Of a stretch of 64,000 nucleotides of DNA, positions 49,562-63,400 are shown in pieces; positions within the stretch are counted from its first letter, which is position 1, and every line of letters begins with the position of its first letter. Origin of the DNA: Mobula hypostoma (Eukaryota); assembly GCF_963921235.1 (NCBI RefSeq), contig NC_086117.1:24862001-24926000 (forward strand), read 5' to 3'. The notes under the pieces were generated by a model. The model was given only the letters and a program-made list of their open reading frames with translations. It was not told where the DNA came from and did not search any database. The translations under genes were made by a program, and so were the position numbers.

Positions 49562-52210
49562 CAGGAACTCTGTGCTGGTCGCTAGTTACTGCTAATCGCT
49601 AGTGGAGATTGTGACTGTTAGATGCAGACTGTTTTATTTACCATGGGAATTCACCACTGTCCTTATAGTCAGTGTCTACATTCCCCCCCAGCGCTTATGC
49701 TAAAGAGGTGCTCTGTGAACTGTATGGGGCTATGAGCGAACTGCACAACGCACACCCTGATGGACTGTTTATTGTCGCTGGAGATTTTAACCATGCGAAC
49801 TTCAAGTCAGTGCTCCCCAGATTCCATCAGCATGTGGACTTTGCAATGAGAGGTTAGAACGCGTTGGACCTTGTTTACACAAACATTCCTGACGCATACC
49901 GGGCGGAACCCCGCCCCCACCTCGGTTACTCAGACCACATCTCTGTTACACTAATTCCAGCATACAAACCGCTCGTCAGGTGCTCCAGACCAGTTCTGAA
50001 GCAGGTGAAAACCTGGCCATCAGGAGCCATCTCTGCTCTTCAAGACTACTTTGAGCACACTGACTGGCACATGTTCAGGGAGGCTGCAACCGATGGTGAC
50101 TCTACCAACTTAGAGGAGTACACAGCATCAGTGACAAGCTACATCAGCAAGTGCATTGATGACGTCACTGTGTCCAAGACCATCACTACACGCTGTAACC
50201 AGAAGCCATGGATGACTGCAGAGGTGCTTGCGCTGCTGAAGACCCGTGACTCCGCCTCCAGAGCAGGCGACAAGGCAGCCCTAACAACAGCGAGGGCCAA
50301 ACTGTCCCGGGCCATCAGCGAGGCAAAGTGTGCTCACACCCAGCAAATCCACAGCCACTTCCAGGACAGCGGCGGCACGCGGTGCATGTGGAAGGGCATT
50401 CAGGACATCACCAACTACAAGACAACACCACCTGCCTGTGCTGGTGATGCCTCCCTCCCAGATGCGCTGAACAACTTCTACGCTCGTTTCGAGGCGGAAA
50501 ATGACGTGGTGGCAAGGAAGACCACTCCTTCTCCCAATGACCAGGTGCTGTGTCTTACCATGGCCGATGTGAGGAAAACTCTATGCAGGGTCAACCCACG
50601 GAAGGCTGCTGGACCAGACAATATTCTTGGCAGAGTGCTCAGAGGATGTGCAAACCAGCTGGCAGATGTTCTCACTGACATCTTCAACATCTCCCTGAGC
50701 AGTACCATCATTCTTACGTGCTTCAAGGCCGCCACCATCGTCCCCGTGCCGAAGGAGTCTTCAGTGTCCTGCCTCAATGACTACTGTCCCGTTGCACTCA
50801 CATCCATCATCATGAAATGTTTGGAGAAGCTCGTCATGAGGCACATCAAGACCCTGTTGCCCCCCTCACTGGACCCTCTGCAGTTTGCGTACCGTCCCAA
50901 CTGTTCAACAGACAATGAAATTGCCATCACCCTCCACCTGGCCCTAACCCACCTGGACAAAAAAGAATGCTGTTCATAGACTTCAGTTCAGCATTCAACA
51001 CAATCATTCCTCAGAAACTGATTGGAAAGCTGAAACTGTTGGGCCTGAACACCTCCCTCTGCAACTGGATCCTAGACCTCCTGACTGGGAGACCTCAGTC
51101 AGTCCGAATTGGGAGCAGCATCTCCAACACCATCACACTGAGCACAGGGGCCGTTCAGGGCTGTGTGCTCAGTCCACTGCTGTTCACTCTGCTGACCCCC
51201 GACTGTGCAGCAAGACACAGCTCGAATCACATCATCAAGTTTGCCGATGACACGACCATGGTGGGTCTCATCAGCAAGAATGATGAGTCAGCATACAGAG
51301 AGGAGGTGCAGCGGCTAACGGACTGGTGCAGAGCCAACAACCTGTCTCTGAATGTAAACAAAACAAAAGAGATGGTTGTTGACTTCAGGAGGACACGGAG
51401 CGACCACTCTCCACTGAACGTTGATGGCTCTTCCATTGAGATCGTTAAGAGCACCAAATTTCTTGGTGTTCACCTGGTGGAGAATCTCACCTGATCCCTC
51501 AACACCAGCTCCATAGCAAAGAAAGCCCAGCAGCGTCTCTACTTTCTGCGAAGGCTGAGAAAAGTCCATATCCCACCCCCCCCCCCCCCCACATCCTCAC
51601 CACATTCTACAGAGGTTGTATGGAGAGCATCCTGAGCAGCTGCATTACTGCCTGGTTCGGGAATTGCACCGTCTCAGATCGCAAGACCTTGCAGCAGATA
51701 GTGAGGTCAGCTGAGAAGATCATCGGGGTCTCTCTTCCCGCCATTAGAGACATGTACACCACACGCTGCACCCGTAAAGCCAACAGCATTGTGAAGGACC
51801 CCACGCACCCCTCTCACAAACTTTTCTCCCTCCCGCCATCTGAAAAAAGGTACCGAAGTATTCGGGATCTCACGACCAGACTGTGCAACAGTTTCTTCCC
51901 CCAAGCCATCAGACTCCTTAATACCCAGAGACTAGCCTGACATTATTTACTATTATATTGTAATTTGTCCTCTACTATGCCTATTGTCTTGTTTATTATT
52001 TATTGTACTGCCCTGCACTGTTTTGTGCACTTTATGTAGTCCTGTGCAGGTCTGTAGTCTAGTGTAGTTTTTGTGTTGTCTCACTTAGTCTAGTGTAGTT
52101 TTGTGTTGTTTCATGTAGCACCATGGACCTGGAAGGGTGTTGTTTCATTTTTACTGTGTACTGTACTAGCAGTTTATGGTCGAAATGACAATAAAAAGCG
52201 ACTTGACTTG
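49562..52210 (+). mobile_element. Rex1/Babar LINE, 2.6 kb, APE C-terminus plus RT, disabled
   Basis: GDFNH and SDH (APE); [28 protein letters not shown] (RT); stops at about 49855 and 51492; frameshifts near 50965 and the poly-C at about 51580; 3' GACTTGACTTGA. Confidence 0.93.
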
Positions 52211-52662
52211 ATCTCAATAAATAAATAAATCCACCACACTTCAAAGGTGATGGGAAATTTGTCCACAGTTTCTAACAGTATTCAGTGTCGGTGAATCCTA
52301 GGTGCATCTGGATGGAATTTAGTGAAGATGGAATTTAATTTGGCTGTAGTACTTGTGAAATCATAATATAATGACGCTATCAAATGTAGGGAGATTTTAA
52401 GCTCTTGGGCAAATTGGACAACCTGCTGAGTCAGATTCACAAAATGTAATGAGTACCTGCCAGAGAACAGATAAACCTGATGAGGTCTTTAGGAAACACG
52501 TATCATGCTTGAACAGAACTATTTCTTCATTTTCTGAGGTATTTGAGCTTTCTATGTGTGCCCCAATGATAAATTCAAATCTGCAAGTATTTGCTCTTAT
52601 TTTGGACAAAGTTTTGGAGTTGATCATTACTAACAATTGCTGTCATGCTCCTCTTATTTCAG

Positions 52663-52833
52663 GGTCCAACTCATCGACTGGAAATAACACCTATTAACAC
52701 TGAGAAATTCAACTCAACACTTCACCTGAGTGACCTCTCCACAGATGATGAGGAAGCGATACATGGGAAGATGAATCAGTATGAGAAGAAAATCAACTGT
52801 CTTATGAAGCAAATGGGATCATTAAAAAATGAG
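52663..52833 (+). CDS. ODF2: ODF2 exon
   Basis: ttcag|GGT...GAG|gtaagg, 171 nt; HRLEITP...LSDLSTDDE...KMNQYEKKINCLM...LKNE. Confidence 0.95.
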
Positions 52834-53794
52834 GTAAGGTTTACTGTAGGTTAACCATGCTGGTAGTAACACACTTATAATGCCTCTTAGGATTTCAAAC
52901 TACTTCACAAAATAAAATATAGCAAGTTTTGTGCAGCCAGCCATGTGTGAAGTGTTGACATGGTTTAAAGCTGTTAAATCAGCTGGTATGCTGGATTTCA
53001 TTGCTAGAGGGTGGAGTGCAGGTCAGTGTACTGGCACACTTGGTTGGTATGACTTTTTAAAATGTAATTTGGACCAGGGAAGCTAGTTTAATGAGTCCTG
53101 TGAAGATCCCTAAATAGAACCCTAAATAGTAGAGCTTGAAACCCCCAAAACAGAAGAAATAGCAGGAATAGGCCAGGTGAGCCATTAAGCCTGGCCATGT
53201 CCAGTCTATTTTTCTGTCCATTTCCATCGATATCCAGCAATTCCTTTGGCATTCAGGAACCTACCTTAGTCTTGAATGAAGGGTAATGACTGAGCTTTCA
53301 CAACCCTCCGAGCAGAGAATTTTAAAGGTTTACAATCTTGTCTCCTCTTCACAGTTCACATTTCAACTTTGCTTTGTATTATTAACAGACTTGTTACATT
53401 AGGTTTCATCAAAATCTAAATTGTGAATAATTGAGGGCCGGATATTGATCCCTGGGCATCCAGCTGGTAACTTGAAACCAGCCCATGTATTTTTACTTTT
53501 AGCCAGTCCTCTTCAGTTAACCCTCATTTTAGTGAGCCTTATTTTATGTGGCAGGACATTGGGGGCTTTTTAAAAGGAAAATGCACTCTGCTCCACTTTA
53601 TCTACTCAACTAATTGTATCCTCTAAGCTATTGGATTTGTCAAAAATGATTTTTCCCTTCATAGCATATTGATTGATTATATCAGGCCAATAAAAGGAGC
53701 AGAAACTGTTGATTCTGTTTGCTGAACTCATAGTTTAAACATTTCTTATAATTCCAATTTGAAAGTGTAACTGTGATTTATGTATGATATATAG

Positions 53795-53982
53795 GTTGAA
53801 TTGAGAAAGAAAAATCAATTGCTGGAACAGCGAGAGGAGGAGCTGAATCTATCCAAGCGGTTGATTGAAGAGAAAGAGGAGGAATTAGCTGAAATCACTA
53901 AGGAGCTAGTTCTTACTGAGCATAAGAATGAGTTACTACAAAGGGACATTGAAATGATGAAAGAGGATCCAGAAAATTCCTG
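53795..53982 (+). CDS. ODF2: ODF2 exon (coiled coil)
   Basis: atag|GTT...TG|gtacaa, 188 nt, phase 0/2; KRLIEEKEEELAEITKELVLTEHKNELL. Confidence 0.88.
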
Positions 53983-54581
53983 GTACAAAATTTATAAGTA
54001 TTTCCTTCTTTTTATCCATAATTTCTGCCAGCAATCTCTCCTTCATGCAACTTGCTTCAGCTGGGAGAATAACCATTCTAAGCAATTATCACAGAAGGAA
54101 TGGGATAGATTGATGAATAACGGAAGTCATTTAACCTAATACTAAATATCAGGAAAGAATAAGGAATTAGATTAAAGTCTGTTGAATGTTGATAAGGCCA
54201 CATGAATTGGAGTACTGGATTCATTTCTGATCACTTCTAACGAGAAATAATATGGAGAAGGACACTATGAAGGAGATTTGCCGAGATTATAAGAAAGTAT
54301 ACCTCCTTAATCACTAGACCTGGTTGGATGAACCAGAATTTCTTTTTCTTTCCTGGTTTGGCAAATATGTGATTCCAAATCCACCAGAGTTGTTAATTGC
54401 CTTCTTAGTTCAGAGGTATCGGCAAATTGTCAGCCTTGCTGATGATGGGCAATCCCCTGAATAAATAGTTTTAAAGTATCCTTCTCATCCTGTGTAACTA
54501 TTACTTTGTTCTCGTTTCACTTCAAGACAACTTCTTGCACATAATGGGAATTATCAACATGTATGATGTTGTTTTTCAAAG

Positions 54582-54708
54582 CTCAGAAAAAAGGCTGTGG
54601 CGAAAAGACGACACGCTGTTGAAAAAGCTGATGGAGGTTGAAATGGATGGAGCTGCTGCAGCCAAGCAGGTTGCATCTCTGCGAAATACCATCAGTAAGC
54701 TGGGCACA
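54582..54708 (+). CDS. ODF2: ODF2 exon
   Basis: tttttcaaag|C...ACA|gtaagt, 127 nt, phase 2/0; KLMEVEMDGAAAAKQVASLRNTISKL. Confidence 0.92.
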
Positions 54709-56831
54709 GTAAGTGTAGCTTTTTTTTCTTTTAATCATGCATTATGTAGTCCTTTCTTCAAGAAAGCTTTTACTCCTGTCTTGCAATTCTGTCAACTGCA
54801 AAAACTGAAATGCTGGAAAGAATTGCTAATGTTTGGTGAATGGCCTGAATATTCTGTCTTCTCATACAGTGGTCCACTTAATGTGTAGAACTATTCCCTT
54901 CAATTTTTCAGAGTATTTCTTCAAGTGATTACTGCTTAAATAATTCTACTAGAAATTTCTTAAATGCCTTCTATTCTATCTTGAGATCAAGAAGAAAATG
55001 TCAAGTGGCTAATTTTGTTGATGAATTCAAAGCAGAAGCAACTTGATCTCCCAAGTATTTCTGTCTTTTGCTAATTGTTGAAGGTTGAATTATGACAAGT
55101 CTTGCACAAAAGCGAGGTAAACTGATACTATACTGTACAAAGTATTTAGTGCTACACTGTGTAGTGCTTTAGAAAAGATAGTAGCTCAGGCTGTGTGTCT
55201 GGGAACTGGAAGCCTAGCACAAGCCTCTAACCTCCCTACCACTGTGCCAAGAATCTGCTGCAAATGCATGTCCTCCACTGGTACAAACTTCCCACAGCTC
55301 CATATGGAGAAGCTGCCTGTTCAGTTGGTATTGGACTGCTTGGAGCAAAGAAAGATGGGGGTGAATCACACGACTAGTATATATATTTTGAGGGTCATGA
55401 CCTTCAGCTTTGCCTTGAAGAAAAGTAGGGTTGAAGAGTTGGAGAGACCAATCAGTTCAGTAAATTATTGAGCAGAATGGAGTGGTGAAATAGAAAACAG
55501 TCTTTTGCATTGGATGAATTAGGGAAATAAATGCCCTATTTCTGTGTATTACAATGTGATTTCTGATAGATGTCTTAAAGGAGGAAGATAGGTTTAGTGT
55601 TCTCAAACTTTTATGCTTGGAAAGCCATGTACAGGTTTAGCTAAAATTGATGTTGGTACTTTGCTGACAGTGTACGACTGCTGGGCTTGTGAAGTAATGT
55701 TACTCTGCATCCTCCACTTGTGTGCGCTCTCTTGCATAAAAAGTTCTTGTGTATTTGAAGTCTGCAAACAGCATGGGACTCTGACACTGCAAAAAATCTT
55801 TCCAGGAGGGTTAAGGCCTGCCTTGACATAAAGGAACTGACTTGCTGCCTGAGACTATAAGGATTTCAGTTTCCTCAAGTTTTTTTCTTTTCTTGAAGAT
55901 AATTTCCCTTGTACTACTTCATACATCCACCCTTGGTATCACCACCATTCTCAAAGTTGTCCCCAAGATTACAAATGGTTTAGTGATCTGCTTCCGAAGT
56001 TTTGACTAGAAATCTTATCACTGTCATAATTTCAGGAGGTTTTGAAGGAATGTTACTTCGTACAACCCTTTTGAGGTTTAATTTGTGGGCCATGGCAAGA
56101 TTAGTCCAGTGCTTTCAATATGACGAAAATATTGTTGTGAATTTTGCTATATTGTCATTTGCCTAATCATTAGTGTCCATTTCTACAATGCCTCTCCTTT
56201 AAGATAACTTGTTACTCTATTGAACACAGGACAAGGGGATCCTAAGTAAAAGACGGGTGAAACAAAGGTCTGGGGTTAACAGCACAACAAATAAGATAAA
56301 TAACTTTTGGGAGCTTGAAATTGGGTGTGTTTATTTTAAATATGTAGACTGGAAACTAGGAAATGAAACGGCTCCTGTTTGTGAGTTAAGAGCCCAGAAG
56401 AAGTATATGGGAGCATAAAATTATAAATTTTATAAAGAACCCTAACCAAAGCTTTGATACAGATTGAATAGTCTGTTGGAATTAATAAATGTTATAGCTT
56501 GAGAGGGGATATGGTTGAAGAAGCATTATTATTCCTTAAAAAATTAAATCAATAAGAATTTGCAAAAACATTGAGTGGTGATGCACAAATGATCTTTGCC
56601 AAGAAACAGTTGGAAACAGATTTTAATCTAAGCCTTCAGTGCAGATTTCTAATGGCTGCCTGTGCCAACATGGATGAGAAAAGGAGAAACTTTTTAATGA
56701 GATTTGTATTCCCAAGGGGTAGGAGTACAAAATTTTCAGTGGTCCTCTTTTTTTTTTAAAAAAATAAAAATTCTCTATATTTGCAATGTGAAATTGCAGG
56801 TCCACTAAACTTGTTCTTTCTGTACATTAAG

Positions 56832-56963
56832 GAGAAGCAAATGTCAACATCAGAGTGTAACTTGCTATCACGGCAGAAGGAATTGTTAATGCAGAAATTG
56901 GAGACCTTTGATGCATCAAATCGAACTGTTCGGGATCTACTTAAGGAACAGCATGCACAGGAG
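56832..56963 (+). CDS. ODF2: ODF2 exon
   Basis: ttaag|GAG...GAG|gtaaga, 132 nt; EKQMS...RQKELLMQKLETF...NRTVRDLLKEQH. Confidence 0.94.
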
Positions 56964-57977
56964 GTAAGAATTTGTCAGCCATTGGGTCACTTAATTCTTT
57001 TCTGTAGTTGTATTTAGTTAGAAAAGCATTCTTCTGTTTCACCTTTATTGAAGTTGGGTCATTCTGATCATTTGATATTAATACCCAAGCTGGCATTTAT
57101 TTTGATTTGAGCCATGACACAGTGCAATTACTGTCTGTGATTCAGAAAGTTAATTAATGGCTTCATGTCTCACTTCAGAACCTTTGACACCAAATCTCGA
57201 CCAATACTATACTGCGACTCTGAAGTAGTCCAGTGGTTTCAGTGCTCCCTGAAAAAAATAAATTGCAATTTTTCTCCCTTCTGGGATCAATAATTCAAGG
57301 GGTGACCTATGTAAAAGATCCAAAATGATGTTTTTGGTTCTTAAGAGTAGAAAGGATGACATCAGCTTAGTTTTCAGCATGCCCTAGGATTGCTATAATG
57401 TATGAAATGGGGCAGGGGCTAGATCTGTCACAAATTTTGCCTCAACTGATGGGTTGCCCTTTCTCTGTGTAATGACTCCCATTGGAGTACTGGACAAATT
57501 AATAAATTATCAAGATCCTGCTCCTTAAGGACAGCACAATTCACCCTTCAAGGCAGCAGGAATAAAGGAAGAAAATCATTTAGAGATGGGATATAATGTA
57601 TATATGAACTTAGTTTCTCAATGTATTAGCAAAATCTATTCCAGTCTGTAGGAAGATGTCTGCAAATGGATCAGAAGTATGGAGGTTCTCTAAATTGGTC
57701 AGCTTTTATTATGAGTAGCTGTATATCCTTGTTTAATTTCCAAAGGATTTACAGTGACTTGCACCTAGTCATATATTAAAGAAGAAATGAAATTTCGTCT
57801 GCTTGGCTGAAACTGATACATCTAAACAGTCCTAGCAGACTTCTGCATTTTATTGGACCTATGATTTTCTTTCCAAATGTTAAATGAATGCACTATATAT
57901 ATATTTTTTAATCCTTGAGTAAATACAAAATATGCAACAACATTTTCCAAAGTTGAATCGCAAAAAGTTGGCTTGTA

Positions 57978-58648
57978 GGTATTAAGAAGGCAAACGGAAT
58001 GTTGGCCTTCATTGCTAGAGGGATTGAATTCAAGAGCAGGGAGGTCATGCTGCAACTATACAGGGTACTGGTGAGGCCACACCTGGAGTACTGTGTGCAG
58101 TTCTGGTCTGCATACTTGAGGAAGGATATACTGGTTTTGGAGGTAGTGCAGAGGAGGTTCACCAGGTTGATTCCAGGGATGAAGGGGTTGACCTATGAGG
58201 AGAGATTGAGTCGCCTGGGACTATACTCTCTGGAGTTCAGAAGAATGAGAGGGGATCTTATAGAAACATACAAAATTTTGAAAGGGATAGATACGATAGT
58301 AGGAAAGTTGTTCAATTGGTAGGTGAGACTAGAACTAGGGGACATTGCCTCAAGATTCGGGGAGAAGGTTTAGGACGGAGATGAGAAGAAACTGTTTTTC
58401 CCAGAGAGTGGTGAATCTGTGGAATTCTCTGCCCAGGGAAGCAGTTGAGGATTCCTCACGAAATATATTTAAGATACAGTTAGATAGGTTTTTACATAGT
58501 ATGGGAATTAAGGGTTATGGGGAAAAAACAGGTAGTAGATGAAGCTGAGTTTACAGACAGATCAGCCATGATCTTATTGAATGGCGGGGCAGGCTTGATG
58601 GGCTGGATGGCCTACTCCTGCTCCTGTTTCTTATGTACTTATGTTATG
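57978..58648 (+). mobile_element. CR1 LINE 3' fragment
   Basis: LYRVLVRPHLEYCVQFWS...RRMRGDLIETYKIL; FSQRVVNLWNSLP; CTTATG tail repeats. Confidence 0.92.
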
Positions 58649-59789
58649 TAAAGAGAAAATCAATCAGGTGCAGCACAGCAGTGAAGGGAGGAAGATGAAT
58701 TATGAAAGTTTAGAGTCAGTGATAGGAACTGATGACAGACTTGTGTTGTCCGTTGAAGGTGTTGATAGTGTGTCCCATTTAAAGGTCAGTTAAACCTAAT
58801 GGTAGGTTGAGACAGATAAGAGGGCAGGGGAAGAGACACAGTTGTCAGAAATTTGAAAGTGCTGCTTAGTTATGGAGAGGGAAAAAATGGAACAAAGGAA
58901 ATTTATCTTAAAAGATGAGGCCACATTTGCCAAGTCATTCATTTGTTTTCAGAGCCAAGTGGTTACGAGATTAATGAAGGAAGCTTTAGAGAGAGGAACA
59001 TTGGGCAATGGAAACAAATTTTAGTCAAGCCTGTCAGAGCTAAGAAGAAAACAAGAGCTGTATCCCGTAGTTGCCCTGTCTTAGTTAAAGTGTTGACCAA
59101 AACCTCACTACTACAACCACATCTCATTCTTTAACTACCCATCTCTTTCTCTAACTATCTATTAACCAGGAATCTCATTGGTAACTTTGGTCTCACCCCA
59201 TCAGAGGTATTTCATTTGTCCTATACATCTCTTTCCTTAACTCTCTACAACTTAAAACTAACTCGTTTTTTCACTTCCTGGTTCTAATGAAGAATCTTCA
59301 ACTTGAAACAATAAAACTGTTTTTCTTTCTACAAACATCATGTGTCTAAATTTCTCTTTATATTCTAGACCAGGTAGTTATTATTTTGAAATGGAGTGAT
59401 TATCGCAGTTTTGAATGATGGGGGTAGAATGGAAGTGGCAAGTTATTAACAATGTCAACGAAAAAGGCGAGTGGTCAGCACAGAAACAAAGATGGGTGGG
59501 GGAGGAAGTAGCAAGTGAATTTTCTGAACAAAATGAGCGAGCGGGAGGGAAGGATAAAGGATGAGGCCAGGAAGAAGTGAATAACAAGAGATTTATTAAA
59601 CAGGACGAGAGGAAGAGGGAAGGTGCAAAGGTATTAAAATCTATATAGTCAAGCTTGATGGAAGAGAAAATCATAAGCCTTAAAACGTATTGAAGATATT
59701 AATTTAAGAAGGCAGATGGTAGTGAAGAAAATAACTCTGTGCTATCTGTGCTGATAAGATTAATTCCCACTTTTTTTTTTAATACCCAG

Positions 59790-59864
59790 ACTGATGCTTT
59801 GAGATTGTTTGATCTAAAAGAAGTCTTACTTGAAAAACTGACCCGGTCAGAAGCAGAAAATGCG
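59790..59864 (+). CDS. ODF2: ODF2 exon (last one found; gene continues beyond window)
   Basis: T-tract...cccag|ACT...GCG|gtgaga, 75 nt; TDALRLFDLKEVLLEKLTRSEAENA aligns with human DSERLMEQQGALLKRLAEADSEKA. Confidence 0.82.
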
Positions 59865-59984
59865 GTGAGATAAACTTGGTGATTTTGTTCATGGGAAAAA
59901 CCCTCAACAGGATTATTTTCAGTTTGTATTTTGAGTTCTGCTATCAGCAGTGGCTGCAGAAGGTCAATTAAATATTAGGCAAAG

Positions 59985-60825
59985 AATCTCTCTTCCTCAA
60001 TCAATAAAACAAACAAGATGGTTATCGACTTCGGAAAAACTTGCACCACTCACACCCCTCTTTACGTTGGGGCACAGTTGTAGAAACTGCAAGCAGCTTC
60101 AAACTCCTGGGAGTGCACGTCTCTCATGGTCCCAGAATGCATTCTACACAATCGGAAAAGCTCACCAACCTCTTTGCTTTCTGAGGAGGCTGAAGAGGGC
60201 TGGGCTATGCATATCTACACATGTCATTCTACAGATACTAAGTAGAGAGCCTCCTAACAAGCTACATCACTGTATGATACGTAAGCTGCACTGTGGTGGA
60301 CAGGAAGGCTCTACAACGGGTAGTCAAAACTGCCCAACGCATCACTGACACCAGCCCACCTGCCATCAAGAATGTATATACAGAAAAGGGCCAGTAACAT
60401 CATGAGCAACCCACCCACCCTACTGTTGCACCGTTTGCCCCACTCCCATCAGGAGGCTATGTAGCATCCACGCCAGGACCAGCAGACTCAGAAACAGGTA
60501 CTTTCCCCAAGCAGTAAGGCTGATCAACACCTCCACCCATGAACCCACCGCTCAACACCCCCAACCACCACTACTTTTTATTTTTCTGTCAGTCACCTTA
60601 TGCATAGACACTCCTGTGCCTATTGTCACTTTATGGACATAAAATCAATCTAGGTATATGAGCTATCTTATTTATTTATATTTCTTGTGTTTTTTAAATT
60701 ATTATTCTGTTCTTTATGCTATTGTCTGTGTTTTTTTTGGTGCTGCATTGTTCCGGAGTAACAGTTATTTCATTCTCCTTTACACTTACGTGCTGGAAAT
60801 GATATTATGTAATCTTGAATCTTGA
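59985..60825 (+). mobile_element. Rex1/Babar 3' fragment, decayed
   Basis: KAHQPLCFLRRLKRAG; 3' end AATCTTGAATCTTGA; ends approximate. Confidence 0.75.
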
Positions 60826-60854
60826 ATTAAAGCACATTTTTCATTTATTTCTGC

Positions 60855-62659
60855 ATGGAAAAGGGAGGTGAGGGATGATATTGGATCACTGGAAAATGAT
60901 GCTGATGTGGTAGTAATGGGGGGACAAAGAAATGCAAATGAACATAATGGGTACTTTGCATCTATCTTGACTGTGTAAGACACTAGCAGTGTGCCAAAGG
61001 TCCATGAGTGTCAGGGAGCAGGAGTGAGTGCCAAAGAAAAAAATTGCTAGGCAAACTGAAAGGTCTTGAGGTGGATCAGTCACCTGGACCAGATGGACTA
61101 CATCCCAGAGCCCTGAGAGAGGTTGCTGATGAGATCACGGATGCATTGGTCATGATCTTTCAAGAATCACTTGATTCTGGCATGGTCCCAGAGGACTGGA
61201 AGATTACAAATGTCACTCTATTCTTTCGGAGGAGAGGAAGGCAAAAGAAAGGAAATTATAGACCAGTTAACCTAACAGTGGTTGGGAAAGTATTGGAGTC
61301 TATTACTAAGGATGAGATTTCGAGGTATTTGGAGACTAATGATAAAATAAGTTGAAGTCAGCATGGTTTCTGCAAAGGGAAATCTTGCCTGACATATCTG
61401 TTAGAGCTCTTCAAGGAAGTAACAAGCAGGTTGGACAAGGTAGAGGCAGAGGATGCCATTTACTTGGATTTTCAGAAGTTGTTTGATAAGGTGCCACACG
61501 AGGCTGCTTAACAAGATAAAATCCAAGGGTGTTACAGGAAAGATGCTGGCATGGATTGAGGAATGGCTGATAGGCAGGAGGCAGCGAGTGGGAATAAAAG
61601 GGGCCTTTTCTGGTTGGCTGCTGGTGACCAGTGGTGTTCTTCAGGGGTCAGTGTTGGACTGCTACTTTTCACATTGTTTGTCAGTGATTTAGATAATGGA
61701 ATTGATGGCTTTGTGGCAAAGTTTGTGGATGATACAAAGATAGGTGGAAGGGTAGGTAGTGCTGAGGAAGCAATGTGATTGCAGCAGGACTTAGACAAAT
61801 TTGAAGAATGGGCAAAAAATTGGCAGATGGAATACAGTGTCGGGAAATGTATGATAACGCATTTTGGTAAAAGGAACAATAGTGTGGACTGTCATCTAAA
61901 TGGGAAGAAGGTTCAAACATTGGAGGTGCAGAGGGACTTGGGAGTCCTCGTGCAAGACTCCCAGAAGTTAATTTACAGGTTGAGTCTGTGGTAAAGAAGG
62001 CAAAAGCAATGTTGGCATTTATTTCAAGGGGAATAGAGCATAAAACCAAAGAGATAATGCTGAGGCTTTACAAGACACTAGTCAGGCCACACTTGGAGTA
62101 TTGTCAACAGTTTTGGGCCCCATATCTCAGAAAGGATGTGTTGTCATTGGAGAGCGTCCAGAGGAGGTTTACGAGGATGATTCTGGGAATGAAGGGGTTA
62201 ATATATGAGGAGCGTTTGGTGGCTTTGGGCCTGTACTTACTGGAATTTAGAAGAATGTGGGGGGAATCTGATTGAACCCTACCGAATGTTGAAAGGATTA
62301 GATAAGGTGGATGTAGAGAGAATGTTTCCTATGGGAGGGTTATCCAGAACTAGAGGGCACAGCCTCAAAATTCAGGGGCGACCCTTTAGAACTGAGGTAA
62401 GGAGGAATTTTTTTTAGCCAGAGAGTAGTAAGTCTGTAGAATGCTCTGCTACAGACCGCAGTGGAGGCCAAGTCTGTGTGTATATTTAAGGTGGAAGTTA
62501 ATCATTTCCCAATCGGCCAGGGCATCAAAGGATATGGCGAGAAGGCAGATGTATGGGTTGGGTGGGATCCTGACTCTGCCATGATAGAATGGCAGAGTAG
62601 ACTCGATGGGCTGAATGGCCTAATTCTGCTCCTATGTCTTATGGTCTTATAGTCTTATA
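60855..62659 (+). mobile_element. CR1 LINE, 1.8-kb 5'-truncated RT region, decayed
   Basis: SPGPDGLHPR, NYRPV, QGSVL, FVDD, LVRPHLEYC; several frameshifts and stops; TCTTAT tail repeats. Confidence 0.92.
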
Positions 62660-63400
62660 ATTTCATGGGTACTTGCATATATGAGAATTTGGTTCATCTG
62701 TGCTGGGTTCAAATAGCCTTGCTAAGCAAGCATTAACTGTTTGGTAAAGGTCAATATTCCTGAGAGGCATGAAGAAGAATTACAAGGAAAATCTGAATGA
62801 ACCATGCTTGAGATATGATACAAGTTTTCATTTATAGTTCCTGCAACACAAAATCCCAAGGTGATTCACAGCCATAAAATTGACATCTGGCAAAAGAATG
62901 GTCTTCTAAAAGCTTGGTGGAACAGTTGGATTTTAAGAAGAGTTTTGAAGGAATAGAGAGAAATGTTTGGGGAGTGAATTCCAGAGGGTAAATCTGATAT
63001 GTTTCAGGGCATAGCCTCACATCATGGTGGTTAGAGGGAGAGGTAATGGTCAAGAAAGTGAACAATGTACATGCAACGAGAGTTGAAAGGATATAGAATT
63101 CCTCGAGAGTTGAAAAACTGGAGGAGGTGACAGAAATCTAGTAAGTGTGGGCTCTTAAGGTATTTTAACACAAGGGTGAGTATTTTAAAACCAAGCTGTT
63201 GTTGAACTAGGTGCCAATTCTGATCACTGAGCAAAAACCACTGATGAATGTAACAGCAGTCTGGAGTATAATATTTGAGGATCAAGTTCATGAAAAGGGA
63301 AGATATGACATTAGCAGGTGAGCCATATAATAGTTGAATCTGGTAGTAAGTAAATCATGCTGGGTTTCATCAGTGGTTGAGCTGAAATGGGGACAGAGAT

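Noticed and set aside
49864-50979. 371-aa ORF, the longest in the window, as an active RT gene
   Set aside because: Part of a 5'-truncated Rex1 with stops and frameshifts; the catalytic FADD lies in another frame
54583-54586. TCAG as the acceptor of this ODF2 exon
   Set aside because: Would create TG+A stop and a frameshift; the AAG acceptor at 54579-54581 keeps the frame
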